A DNA stretch of 64,000 bases, taken from an uncultured Chitinophagaceae bacterium. Its GTDB lineage: Bacteria; Bacteroidota; Bacteroidia; Chitinophagales; LD1. The notes beneath the pieces are model-generated. The model ran no database searches and was not told the origin of the DNA. It was given only the letters and a program-made list of their open reading frames with translations. This document shows, piece by piece, positions 29,069-37,633 of this stretch (positions are counted from its first letter, which is position 1; every line of letters starts with the position of its first letter). The position numbers were made by a program, and so were the translations under genes. The stretch is taken from the NCBI GenBank assembly GCA_964537475.1, contig CAZIBY010000008.1:4200-68199 (forward strand). The letters run 5' to 3'.

Positions 29069-29101
29069 CTTGCTCAGATTTTCTTTTGGGTAGGGTTAGG
29101 T

Positions 29102-30043
29102 TTAGAAGTAGCGCACATAGCGAGGGTTGACCATCTTCCTGTTTCGGAAATCAAAATCAAAACCTGCCATGACCTCATGCGAGCCGGTGGTGAAATGCGA
29201 CATAGGTGTGACGGTCAGGTCATAGGCATAGCCTACACGCAGCTGGCGTGTGATATTGACAGCTGCCATAAATCCATACGAATTGGATAGTCGGTAGCTG
29301 ATGCCCAGCCATACGCGGTCTACGAAGATGAAGTTGGCATTGAAGTCCATACTGAGCGGCGCAAATTTAGGCACCCACTTGATCAGCACAGATGGTGCAA
29401 ACTTTACTTTGCGGCCCAGGTCAAATACATAACCACCTGTAGCGTAGATACTGGTGTACTGGTGCGCACTGTCTACGCTGCGCTCCCACACCTTTCCTTT
29501 TTGCGTGAGTGAATTGCTCAGTATCTGAGGAACGGCGATACCAGCAAAGAACTTCTGGCTGTATACGTAGATACCGGCAGAAATATTTGGCAGCCACAGG
29601 TTTACATTGTTCTGAAACTTTGCGTCTTGCCCCTGTACCAGGCCCACATCACTCAGCGCCGCGCGCACATTGGTAGCGCTCACACCTACGCCAAATGACA
29701 TTTTGATCCTTTTCTTCTTGCTGATATTGATACGATAGGCAAAATCACCCTCCAGCCTGTCATTGTGCACCACACTATACCTGTCTGCTACAAAATTAAA
29801 TCCGAGCGCGATGTGATCATTCTTCAGCGGAGAGTGGATGCCAAAGGAGGCCGTCTGCGGCGAGCCGTCGATATTCACCCACTGCCAGCGGTAGATAGCA
29901 GCGAGGCTGAGGGCATCACGGCTACCGGCATAAGCGGGGTTATATATCAGCCCGTTGAACCGGTACATGGTATGCTGCGGGTCCTGCTGTGCCTGTGTGG
30001 CCAGCGTGACGAGCAGTGATAGGAAGATCAATATTTTTCTCAT
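29102..30043 (-). CDS. PorP/SprF family T9SS membrane protein
   Basis: N-terminus QQDPQHTMYRFNGLIYNPAYAG, the hallmark of PorP/SprF. About 313 aa, beta-barrel-like. Confidence 0.85.
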   Translation of the reverse strand: MRKILIFLSLLVTLATQAQQDPQHTMYRFNGLIYNPAYAGSRDALSLAAIYRWQWVNIDGSPQTASFGIHSPLKNDHIALGFNFVADRYSVVHNDRLEGDFAYRINISKKKRIKMSFGVGVSATNVRAALSDVGLVQGQDAKFQNNVNLWLPNISAGIYVYSQKFFAGIAVPQILSNSLTQKGKVWERSVDSAHQYTSIYATGGYVFDLGRKVKFAPSVLIKWVPKFAPLSMDFNANFIFVDRVWLGISYRLSNSYGFMAAVNITRQLRVGYAYDLTVTPMSHFTTGSHEVMAGFDFDFRNRKMVNPRYVRYF

Positions 30044-30077
30044 GCGATATATGCGGTTGAGTTTGGGTAAAGGTGGT

Positions 30078-32795
30078 TTAGCGCTCTATGACGATGTAGC
30101 CCATGCGGTCCTGATGCACGCCGTCATTGTACTTAAATACATACCAGTAGGTCATGTCCGGCAGTGGCTGTCCGTTCTTCTTCCATGTACCATCAAAGTC
30201 ATTCTGATAGCCATCTGTCTCATTGCGCCAGACCTCATCACCATAGCGGTTGAAGACCAGTAGTTGCGATTTAGGCAGCTCCTCTGAGGCCGGTATCACA
30301 AACTTGTCATTCACGCCATCGCCATTAGGAGAGATGCCCTGAGGGATAAAGAATTTGCCTTTAGCCTCGACTACGATCGTCACCTCGGCATTGGCACACA
30401 TCGTATCGCCCACTATCACGCTGCACAGCGTGTAGCAGAAAGAATCGATGCCCGGCACGGTGTCCTTGTCCAGCGGGCTGGATGGGAAGTCCTTGTCAGG
30501 CGTATAGGTGATCAGGCCAGTGCTATCCAGCGCAGCCTGTCCATGCGCCGGCTGACTGCACAGAGACAGGTATTGGCCGGGCAGGTGGGTGTCATTGGCC
30601 CGCACGTCGATATGCACAGGCATGTCTTGTATGGTTGACGCATGATCAGGGCGCACCACAGGCGGTACGCTGACGATCACGTAGGTAGTGGCGCAGGTAT
30701 TGCTACTGTCGCAGATAGTATAGTGGAAAGTATCTAGCCCCGCATAGGCAGGCGATGGCTGGTAGCAGAGCGAACTGTCACCGGATAGTGTCACATGGCC
30801 TCCATGAGCCGTCACTGTATCAAAAGCAGTGATGGTCATATGATCGCCTATATCGTCATCGAGGTCATTGCGCAGTACATTGATAGGGAGGCATGCGGTA
30901 CCGGTATAGCCCGCAGAGTCAGGATTGGCGTGAGGGCGGTGGTTTATCTTTACTACGTTGATGATCAGGTTCACCGTATCGCATACCGGGTAGGCATTGC
31001 AGATCACTACCTGCACCTGCTCTCCAAAGCGGAACTGATACGGAGGAGCGATGTAGATACACGGCGATGTACCCAGACTGGTAGAGCCCGCCGTCGGCCT
31101 GATCGTGTCTATAGACGGCCCTATGTACGCGATATACACATACGGGCTATCTGCCTGCGTGTAGTGGAAGCAGTAGGTCGCAAACGAATCTTCATACAAC
31201 GTCAGCTGTACCGTGTCGGTAGGGGCGCCGGCAGAGTTGAGTATTACCGGTGCGCTGTTGCAATCATTTACCACGATATCTACACGGGCTATGTTGCAAA
31301 GACTCGGCGTACCCTGGTCACAGGCGCGGTATACGAAGAAGTCCGGCCCTGTGTAATTTGCCGCAGGCGTATAAGAGATGCTTGTATTGCTCACCTTGCG
31401 CGCTATGCCGTGCTGCGCCTGGCCCACGATAGTATCGAGGCGGATGCCGGTGCCTTCGGGATCTACATCATTCGCTACCACATTGACCGTTACGGGATAG
31501 TTGCGGCATACCGTACCGGAGTCAGGATTGATCACAGGATTACGGCCATTACAGCTATAGCTGGTGATGTGCACGGCCACAGTACCTGTATCGCAGAGGC
31601 AGGCATTGCAGACGGAGTAGCGTATGAGGTCTACCTGATTGATACGCGTAGAGTCCGTGCAGGTGTACACTATGCGGTTATTGACCACAGTGGCGGTGCC
31701 AAAGCCCGGCTGCGTAGCAATGGTCACGGTCACGTTGCCGCCGCCCGGAGGCAGGTTGTCATTGGCCAGCACATCATAGCTGCTCGAGCAGGTGATAGAG
31801 TAGCCCGCATATTCATTGTCTACATAGGCTGTAGGGCGCGTACATGGTGCCGCATTTACTTTGAAAATGGCCCACGCACTATCACAGCCGCAATCCGTAC
31901 ACACACGGTAACGGATAGAGTCCAGGCCGGTCAGGTTATTGGACGCATGATAGCTCAGTGTATGGCCGCTGAGTGTCACCGTCGCGCCGAGGTGTGAGCC
32001 ATTGATCAGCGTGACTGTAGCGACACCATAGCCGGTAGTATTCTGGTCATTGGCAGTGAGGTCTACCGATGCTGTCGCGCCCTGTATCAGGGTGTCGCGG
32101 TCAGTATTGGCCACCACATGGGCACAGGCCACCAGTGTGAGGTAGATATAGCCGGTATCACAGTTGGCAGACGGGCAGGTGTCACACACGAGGTAGCCCA
32201 CAGTATCCGCGCCGACATAGGTGCCATTGCCTTGGTACACTACATAGCTGCCGGAGCCGGAGGCAGTGCCGTGTGCAGCCTGGCGCACTATACTGGTAGT
32301 CAGAGGGCCACCAGATGTATTGGTGTCATTGGCAGTGACAGGCAGGGTATTGGCGCGGTCATTATAGACGGTATAGTTGTCGTTTACAGCTATAGGAGCA
32401 GGGCAGTAGACGCTGATATTGATGGTCACATTGCCCTGGGCACAGTTGCCGCAGGCGTTGCAGACATTATATGTGTAGAAATCTATGCCGGTATAGCCGG
32501 CAGCAGGCGTGTAGAGGATAGTGGAGTCATTGAGCACTGACGTGGTGCCATGTGTAGGTGCTGCCGTGACACTGAGGGAGGCTGGCACCAGAGGAGTCGT
32601 ATTGCTGAAAGACGTACGGTCATTGGCTGTGACTATTGTAGAAACGGCCACGTTGCGATAGGTATTAACATTATCAGCCTGGGTAAAGGGTATCGGGCAC
32701 TGGGCCTGGGCAGCACTGACAGCGGTGAATATAATAGAGAGTAAAAGTAACCTTCGGAGAAACAAGCCTTTTAGGGCCGGGTTGCGTAGTTTCAT
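30078..32795 (-). CDS. large adhesin-like protein with Cys-rich Ig-like repeats and a T9SS type B (gliding-motility-associated) C-terminal domain
   Basis: C-terminus FIPQGISPNGDGVNDKFVIP...LLVFNRYGDEVW. There are about 7-8 repeats ending in Y.VC..CG.CD-type motifs. Confidence 0.85.
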   Translation of the reverse strand: MKLRNPALKGLFLRRLLLLSIIFTAVSAAQAQCPIPFTQADNVNTYRNVAVSTIVTANDRTSFSNTTPLVPASLSVTAAPTHGTTSVLNDSTILYTPAAGYTGIDFYTYNVCNACGNCAQGNVTINISVYCPAPIAVNDNYTVYNDRANTLPVTANDTNTSGGPLTTSIVRQAAHGTASGSGSYVVYQGNGTYVGADTVGYLVCDTCPSANCDTGYIYLTLVACAHVVANTDRDTLIQGATASVDLTANDQNTTGYGVATVTLINGSHLGATVTLSGHTLSYHASNNLTGLDSIRYRVCTDCGCDSAWAIFKVNAAPCTRPTAYVDNEYAGYSITCSSSYDVLANDNLPPGGGNVTVTIATQPGFGTATVVNNRIVYTCTDSTRINQVDLIRYSVCNACLCDTGTVAVHITSYSCNGRNPVINPDSGTVCRNYPVTVNVVANDVDPEGTGIRLDTIVGQAQHGIARKVSNTSISYTPAANYTGPDFFVYRACDQGTPSLCNIARVDIVVNDCNSAPVILNSAGAPTDTVQLTLYEDSFATYCFHYTQADSPYVYIAYIGPSIDTIRPTAGSTSLGTSPCIYIAPPYQFRFGEQVQVVICNAYPVCDTVNLIINVVKINHRPHANPDSAGYTGTACLPINVLRNDLDDDIGDHMTITAFDTVTAHGGHVTLSGDSSLCYQPSPAYAGLDTFHYTICDSSNTCATTYVIVSVPPVVRPDHASTIQDMPVHIDVRANDTHLPGQYLSLCSQPAHGQAALDSTGLITYTPDKDFPSSPLDKDTVPGIDSFCYTLCSVIVGDTMCANAEVTIVVEAKGKFFIPQGISPNGDGVNDKFVIPASEELPKSQLLVFNRYGDEVWRNETDGYQNDFDGTWKKNGQPLPDMTYWYVFKYNDGVHQDRMGYIVIER

Positions 32796-32913
32796 GAGCA
32801 GTATTATTGCTGCCAAAAATAGGATTTACACCTGCATTGCCCAAATTAGTTATCCCCGCAAAGCCTTATGGATATTGACAGTACGCCTTGTGCTATTTAC
32901 CTCAGAATGGGGC

Positions 32914-33729
32914 TTAATACATCTCTCCAGAGTTAGGGAAATCCCTGCTCTTGACATCGGCTATGTATGATGATACGGCATTGTGCATCACGTCGGCCAG
33001 CTCTGCATAGCGGCGTACAAAGCGCGGGCGAAACTCCTTATTGATCCCGAGCATATCATGCAGTACGAGCACCTGCCCATCTGTATCAGGACCGGCACCT
33101 ATACCTATGGTCGGGATTTGCAGGCTGGTAGAAACGGTTTTGGCTAGTTGCGCCGGGATCTTCTCCAGTACGATGGCAAAGCAGCCTATCTTCTCCAGCA
33201 GCAGGGCATCTTCTTTCAGCTTTTGCGCCTCGGCTTCTTCCTTTGCACGCACATTGTAGGTGCCAAACTTATAGATAGACTGAGGCGTCAGGCCCAGGTG
33301 ACCCATCACCGGGATACCTGCCGTAAGGATACGCTCCACAGACTCGCGTATCTCGCTGCCGCCCTCCAGTTTGACCGCATGTGCGCCTGACTCCTTCATG
33401 ATGCGGATGGATGACTCCAGAGCCAGCCGGCTATTGCCCTGATAGGAGCCAAAGGGCAGGTCTACCACCACCAGTGCGCGATGGACAGCACGTACCACCG
33501 ACGATGCATGATAGATCATCTGGTCCAGCGTGATGGGCAGTGTGGTCTCATGGCCTGCCATCACATTTGATGCAGAGTCGCCCACCAGTATCACATCTAT
33601 GCCTGCCTGGTCTACGATCCCCGCCATAGAGAAGTCATAAGACGTGAGCATAGCTATCTTGGTGCCTTTGGCTTTAAACTCGTGCAGGGTATGGGTAGTG
33701 ACGCGCTTGATCTCTTTTTGTACAGACAT
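32914..33729 (-). CDS. panB: 3-methyl-2-oxobutanoate hydroxymethyltransferase
   Basis: [26 protein letters not shown] and [10 protein letters not shown] motifs. Confidence 0.92.
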   Translation of the reverse strand: MSVQKEIKRVTTHTLHEFKAKGTKIAMLTSYDFSMAGIVDQAGIDVILVGDSASNVMAGHETTLPITLDQMIYHASSVVRAVHRALVVVDLPFGSYQGNSRLALESSIRIMKESGAHAVKLEGGSEIRESVERILTAGIPVMGHLGLTPQSIYKFGTYNVRAKEEAEAQKLKEDALLLEKIGCFAIVLEKIPAQLAKTVSTSLQIPTIGIGAGPDTDGQVLVLHDMLGINKEFRPRFVRRYAELADVMHNAVSSYIADVKSRDFPNSGEMY

Positions 33730-33894
33730 GATAGTGAATGGTTGAAATGAACCATGAAAGTAGAGAATAAATATGGTAACAAAGCTGTACTAAGCGACCA
33801 TATTTTTTCTTTCAGTGAAGGCGATGTGGCCAATATATTTATCTGCCATTGTTGCGACGCTTCGCTTAAAAGTAACAACGCCAAATCGGGTAAT

Positions 33895-33937
33895 AAAAAT
33901 AGTAGCCTCGCTGAAAACTAATCCAACGGGGCTACTA
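33895..33937 (-). terminator. intrinsic terminator after CDS 33963..34661
   Basis: On the minus strand: tagtagccccg / cgaggctacta stem (10/11) followed by TTTTTATT. Confidence 0.55.
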
Positions 33938-33962
33938 CACGGTCAGCTATATGGAGGCGCGA

Positions 33963-34661
33963 TTACTGCTTCACTCCTGTATATATACAGGTGCTGAAGG
34001 TGCCGCCATTCGTAGTGGTATATGTCATCACCAGGGTGTATCCCGATCCGGTGCTGGATAGGGTACCACTGCCCTGGATACTGGCACTGCCTATAGACTG
34101 CGCCGGAATGCTAAAAGTGCTGTCACTGATCACAGTGGCACTCACAGATGAGCCGCCACCACCTGCTACCACGTTTATGGCTAGTATATCCGTATTGGAT
34201 GCTGAGATGACCAGAGGTGTAGTGCCGGTACTAGAGCCTGAATCGCACTGCTGCGTACCTGTATAGCTACCTATAAACTTAGCCCTGATCTCAGTAGCAC
34301 AGCCATCTCCTTCATATCCGCGGTCACAGCCGGTGGTCAAAATAATATCAGATGCAGTAAACGTACTGGCGCATGCAGCTTTTATCTGCCACTCGTATCT
34401 GACACCGCCAGCCAGGCGCCGGAGTGCTACGGAGTCTGTGGTGCTGGAGGTACTATTCCAGGTGCTTGTACCTACCTCCCTGTATTGTATGGCGTAGGGG
34501 GCAGTGCCACCGCTCCACTTCAAGGTAGCCTGACCTGGCTGGGTGCTCACCGCTGACAGGCTAGTCACGGTGCAATCGTCGGTTGTCTTTTTGCAGGAAT
34601 AGACTGTCAGGCAGAGAGCGACGATCAGGACAGACCAAAGAGAAAGAGAAGACATTTTCAT
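33963..34661 (-). CDS. lipoprotein with an FN3-like domain, hypothetical
   Basis: The Met at 34661 gives MKMSSLSLWSVLIVALCLTVYSC, a lipobox. ATLKWSGGTAPYAIQYREVGTSTW resembles fibronectin type III. Confidence 0.5.
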   Translation of the reverse strand: MKMSSLSLWSVLIVALCLTVYSCKKTTDDCTVTSLSAVSTQPGQATLKWSGGTAPYAIQYREVGTSTWNSTSSTTDSVALRRLAGGVRYEWQIKAACASTFTASDIILTTGCDRGYEGDGCATEIRAKFIGSYTGTQQCDSGSSTGTTPLVISASNTDILAINVVAGGGGSSVSATVISDSTFSIPAQSIGSASIQGSGTLSSTGSGYTLVMTYTTTNGGTFSTCIYTGVKQ

Positions 34662-34713
34662 ATGAAACGTTTTTTTAGTGAACAATAATGATACGACAAT
34701 ATGAACAAGGCAC

Positions 34714-34742
34714 AAAAAAGCCCGTCTCGCAATGAAACGGGC
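34714..34742 (-). terminator. intrinsic terminator after etfA
   Basis: On the minus strand: gcccgt-ttcattgcgag-acgggc followed by TTTTTT. Confidence 0.6.
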
Positions 34743-34795
34743 CTCTATATCTTTTATTGTCAGCCAACAGTCATCTGCCAACCGACAACGAAAAA

Positions 34796-35776
34796 TTAGT
34801 GTGCAGCAGCCTTAAACTTCTTCACCTCTTCGATCAGCTTTGGTACTACCTGGAAGGCATCGCCTACGATACCGTAGTCGGCAGCCTTAAAGAATGGCGC
34901 CTCAGGGTCGTTATTGATCACGACGATCACCTTAGACTGATTGACACCTGCCAGGTGCTGAATAGCGCCGGAGATACCGATAGCGATGTAGAGGTTAGGC
35001 TTCACGGTGATACCTGTCTGGCCTACGTGCTCGTGGTGAGGACGCCAGTCTACGTCAGATACCGGACGGGAGCAGGCAGTAGCCGCACCCAGCTCATGCG
35101 CCAGAGATTCGATCATGCCCCAGTTCTCAGGGCCCTTCAGGCCACGGCCTGCAGATACCACGAGGTCAGCCTCAGGCAGTGATATTTCGCCTACAGCCCT
35201 GTCTACAGACTTGACAGTAGTAGTGAAGTCAGCGTCAGATACAGATGCAGAGAACGCCTCCACTGCAGCAGTACCGCTACCCTTCACCGGAGACAGTGAG
35301 TTAGGGCTTACTGCGATCACTTTCTTCTCAGTAGCTACAGCGTAGGTAGCCTTCGCCTTACCAGAGTATACACCCTTGGTAGCGTGCAGTGTCGTACCCT
35401 CAAAGGTAGGCAGTGCATTAGCACCCGGCACATAGCCTGCCTTCAGCCTCACAGAGAGGCGCGGAGCGAGCAGCTTGCCATTTGGGCTGAATGATGATAC
35501 TACTACATTGGCACCGGCCTTCTCTACCGCCTCAGCTACAGCCTTGGTGTGCGCCTTGCTGTCAAACACGTCAAAACGTGCGTCATTGGCGTGGAGTACT
35601 TTCTTGATACCGTAGTTGCCCAGGTTGGCCAGCTCCTCTGCGGTAGCTGTACCGAGCACTACAGCGGCAGCCTCAGTGCCGAGCGTCTCAGCCACTTTAG
35701 CGCCGTAGTACGCTGCCTCATATGAGGTCTTCTTTATTTTGCCTTCAGATACTTCTATAATTGATAATACTGACAT
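34796..35776 (-). CDS. etfA: electron transfer flavoprotein subunit alpha
   Basis: The C-terminal FAD-binding region AGRGLKGPENW...IAIGISGAIQHLAG is classic EtfA. Confidence 0.92.
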   Translation of the reverse strand: MSVLSIIEVSEGKIKKTSYEAAYYGAKVAETLGTEAAAVVLGTATAEELANLGNYGIKKVLHANDARFDVFDSKAHTKAVAEAVEKAGANVVVSSFSPNGKLLAPRLSVRLKAGYVPGANALPTFEGTTLHATKGVYSGKAKATYAVATEKKVIAVSPNSLSPVKGSGTAAVEAFSASVSDADFTTTVKSVDRAVGEISLPEADLVVSAGRGLKGPENWGMIESLAHELGAATACSRPVSDVDWRPHHEHVGQTGITVKPNLYIAIGISGAIQHLAGVNQSKVIVVINNDPEAPFFKAADYGIVGDAFQVVPKLIEEVKKFKAAAH

Positions 35777-35780
35777 GGTA

Positions 35781-35887
35781 TTTCTGATTTTTGATTGTTG
35801 ATTTATGATTTTCAGACTTGAGATATGAGACTTGAGATGTGAGACGAGTGCATTATCTCATGTCTCATGTCTAAAGTCTCACGTCTC
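35781..35887. repeat. etfB-etfA spacer built from three heptad-stutter arrays forming an imperfect hairpin
   Basis: TGATT at 35785/92/99/806. TGAGA at 35819/26/33/40. TCT(C/A) at 35856/63/70/77/84. The TGAGA and TCTCA arrays are mutually complementary. Confidence 0.8.
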
Positions 35888-36628
35888 TTAAATGACCTTC
35901 GCTTCTTCGTGGAGCAATCTTACCAGCTCGCCTACATTGTCCGGGCTGATCATTTTGATCTGCTTGGCCTTGTCTGGCAGTGTGTAGCTGGCTATGGTCG
36001 TCAGTTTGTCTGAGGTGGTAGCGGCTACTACAGTCAGTGGCTTGGTACGGGCGGCCATGATACCTTTCATGTTTGGTATACGGGCTGCGGCCAGGTCCTT
36101 GGTAGCGCAGATCACAGCAGGCAGGGCGATCTCGAGGGTCTCAGTACCGCCTTCTATATCGCGGGTAGCGAGGGCTTTGGTGCCTTCCACTTCCAGCTTA
36201 GATACGAGGGCTACAGCATTCCACTCCAGAGACTCAGCTATCATACCGCCTACTTCAAAGCTATTGTAGTCTATGGTCTCCTTGCCGGTGATGATCAGGT
36301 CGTAGCCACCAGACTTGGCATGCGCCGCGATCTCTACTGCTACCTGATAGGCATCAGTAGGGTCCAGGTCTACACGCACAGCGGTATCTGCGCCTATAGC
36401 GAGCGCCTTGCGGATGATCTGCTCATTGTCTGCCAGGCCTACATTGATAGCCACTACCTCGCCGCCGAGCTTTTCCTTCAGCTCTATAGCGCGGGTCAGG
36501 GCATACCACTCATCAGTAGGGTTCATGATGAACTGTACATTGTCAGTGGCAAATTTCGTGTTATTGTCAGTGAAGGCGATCTTGGATGTAGTATCCGGCA
36601 CCTTGCTGATCGGTACTAATATTTTCAT
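35888..36628 (-). CDS. etfB: electron transfer flavoprotein subunit beta
   Basis: MKILVPISKVPDT... N-terminus and overall EtfB pattern; lies adjacent to etfA. Confidence 0.92.
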   Translation of the reverse strand: MKILVPISKVPDTTSKIAFTDNNTKFATDNVQFIMNPTDEWYALTRAIELKEKLGGEVVAINVGLADNEQIIRKALAIGADTAVRVDLDPTDAYQVAVEIAAHAKSGGYDLIITGKETIDYNSFEVGGMIAESLEWNAVALVSKLEVEGTKALATRDIEGGTETLEIALPAVICATKDLAAARIPNMKGIMAARTKPLTVVAATTSDKLTTIASYTLPDKAKQIKMISPDNVGELVRLLHEEAKVI

Positions 36629-36677
36629 TGCTGTTAAATTTTAAATTGCGGGGTCAAATCTATCTAATAAGTTTGCA

Positions 36678-36699
36678 TTACCAAACAATCGTTTGGTAA
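36678..36699. promoter_or_regulatory. 9-bp/4-nt/9-bp perfect palindrome in the divergent etfB / TPR-gene promoter region
   Basis: ttaccaaac aatc gtttggtaa. It partly overlaps a TAagTTTG box (36668-36675). Confidence 0.4.
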
Positions 36700-36733
36700 A
36701 AATGTTTATCAAACCAAGGTCGGTAAAAATCAC

Positions 36734-37042
36734 ATGGACAGACTGGCTACACTACTAGCAATGGAGCGGGCTACGCCCACAGACCCCTTCCTGAAATATG
36801 CCCTCGCCATGGAGTATGTTTCTCAGGGAAATATGGCCGAAAGCAGGCGTTATTTCGAACGATTGGTCACTGACCATCCGGACTACGTGGCCACCTACTA
36901 TCAGTATGGCAAACTGGAAGAGGAGGCAGGAAATACCGCTGCCGCGGAAAGCCTCTACAAGGCCGGTATCGATAAAGCCACCGCCGCCGGGGATAAAAAG
37001 ACAGCAGGAGAGCTGAGGGCTGCCCTGGAAATCATGGATTAA
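36734..37042 (+). CDS. small TPR-like protein
   Basis: 102 aa, helical, with TPR-like A/Y/G spacing (YALAMEYVSQGNMAESRRYFERLV, YYQYGKLEEEAGN). Confidence 0.55.
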   Translation: MDRLATLLAMERATPTDPFLKYALAMEYVSQGNMAESRRYFERLVTDHPDYVATYYQYGKLEEEAGNTAAAESLYKAGIDKATAAGDKKTAGELRAALEIMD

Positions 37043-37057
37043 GCTTGAATCAAACGT

Positions 37058-37330
37058 ATGTATCGCAGGTATTCATATCTGATTGATGTTTTTCTCTGTC
37101 TGGCAGGGCTCATCTGCATAATAGCAGTGTGGCCGCATGCGGAGGGAGATAGGGTATATACTATTACATCTACTACTTATGTATTGGCGACGCTCATTTT
37201 ACTGGCACATCAGTTTTTCAGGCTGATGACATTGGGGTATCTTTTTCGAAACATAACCTTGTTGCTATTTTATCTTATAATTGATTTTGTCGGGTTCTCT
37301 GTATTTGCAGTCAGGTCATTTGTATGGTAA
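37058..37330 (+). CDS. small membrane protein, hypothetical
   Basis: 90 aa with three hydrophobic segments. No recognisable similarity. Confidence 0.35.
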   Translation: MYRRYSYLIDVFLCLAGLICIIAVWPHAEGDRVYTITSTTYVLATLILLAHQFFRLMTLGYLFRNITLLLFYLIIDFVGFSVFAVRSFVW

Positions 37331-37418
37331 AAAATGAACTATCAAATTGGAGCGAGGCGGAGTTTGGTGCAAGCTTTTCGAGTTTTTTAGAGGCTACACG
37401 GAGCTTCCGAATTTGTAG

Positions 37419-37547
37419 GGTACAGGTGTAGGCCTGCTGCTGGTCAAGCGTATCATAGAGAAGCATGGTGGCCTCGTCTGGGCAGAGGGCAAAGTAGGAG
37501 AGGGGGCTACGTTCTATTTTCACTGCCCGCGCAGGGCTGATGACTAG
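37419..37547 (+). pseudogene. relic of a histidine kinase C-terminus (HATPase_c G2 box to the end)
   Basis: Hand translation [42 protein letters not shown]. An in-frame TAG lies immediately upstream (37416-37418), and there is no upstream kinase body. Confidence 0.55.
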
Positions 37548-37633
37548 AGACCTGCATCACAAAACAAGAAGTTGATATTTGTATTAAAGCCCTCTCCTTT
37601 GGAGAGTCCCGAGTCATCGGGATGGGTGAGGTG

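Noticed and set aside
30795-31997. A 400-aa plus-strand ORF (with further ORFs at 32118..32540 and 32550..32744) antisense to the T9SS adhesin gene.
   Set aside because: It is Arg/Ile/Ala/Tyr-rich low-information sequence. The minus-strand frame carries clear repeated Ig-like modules and a type-B sorting domain.
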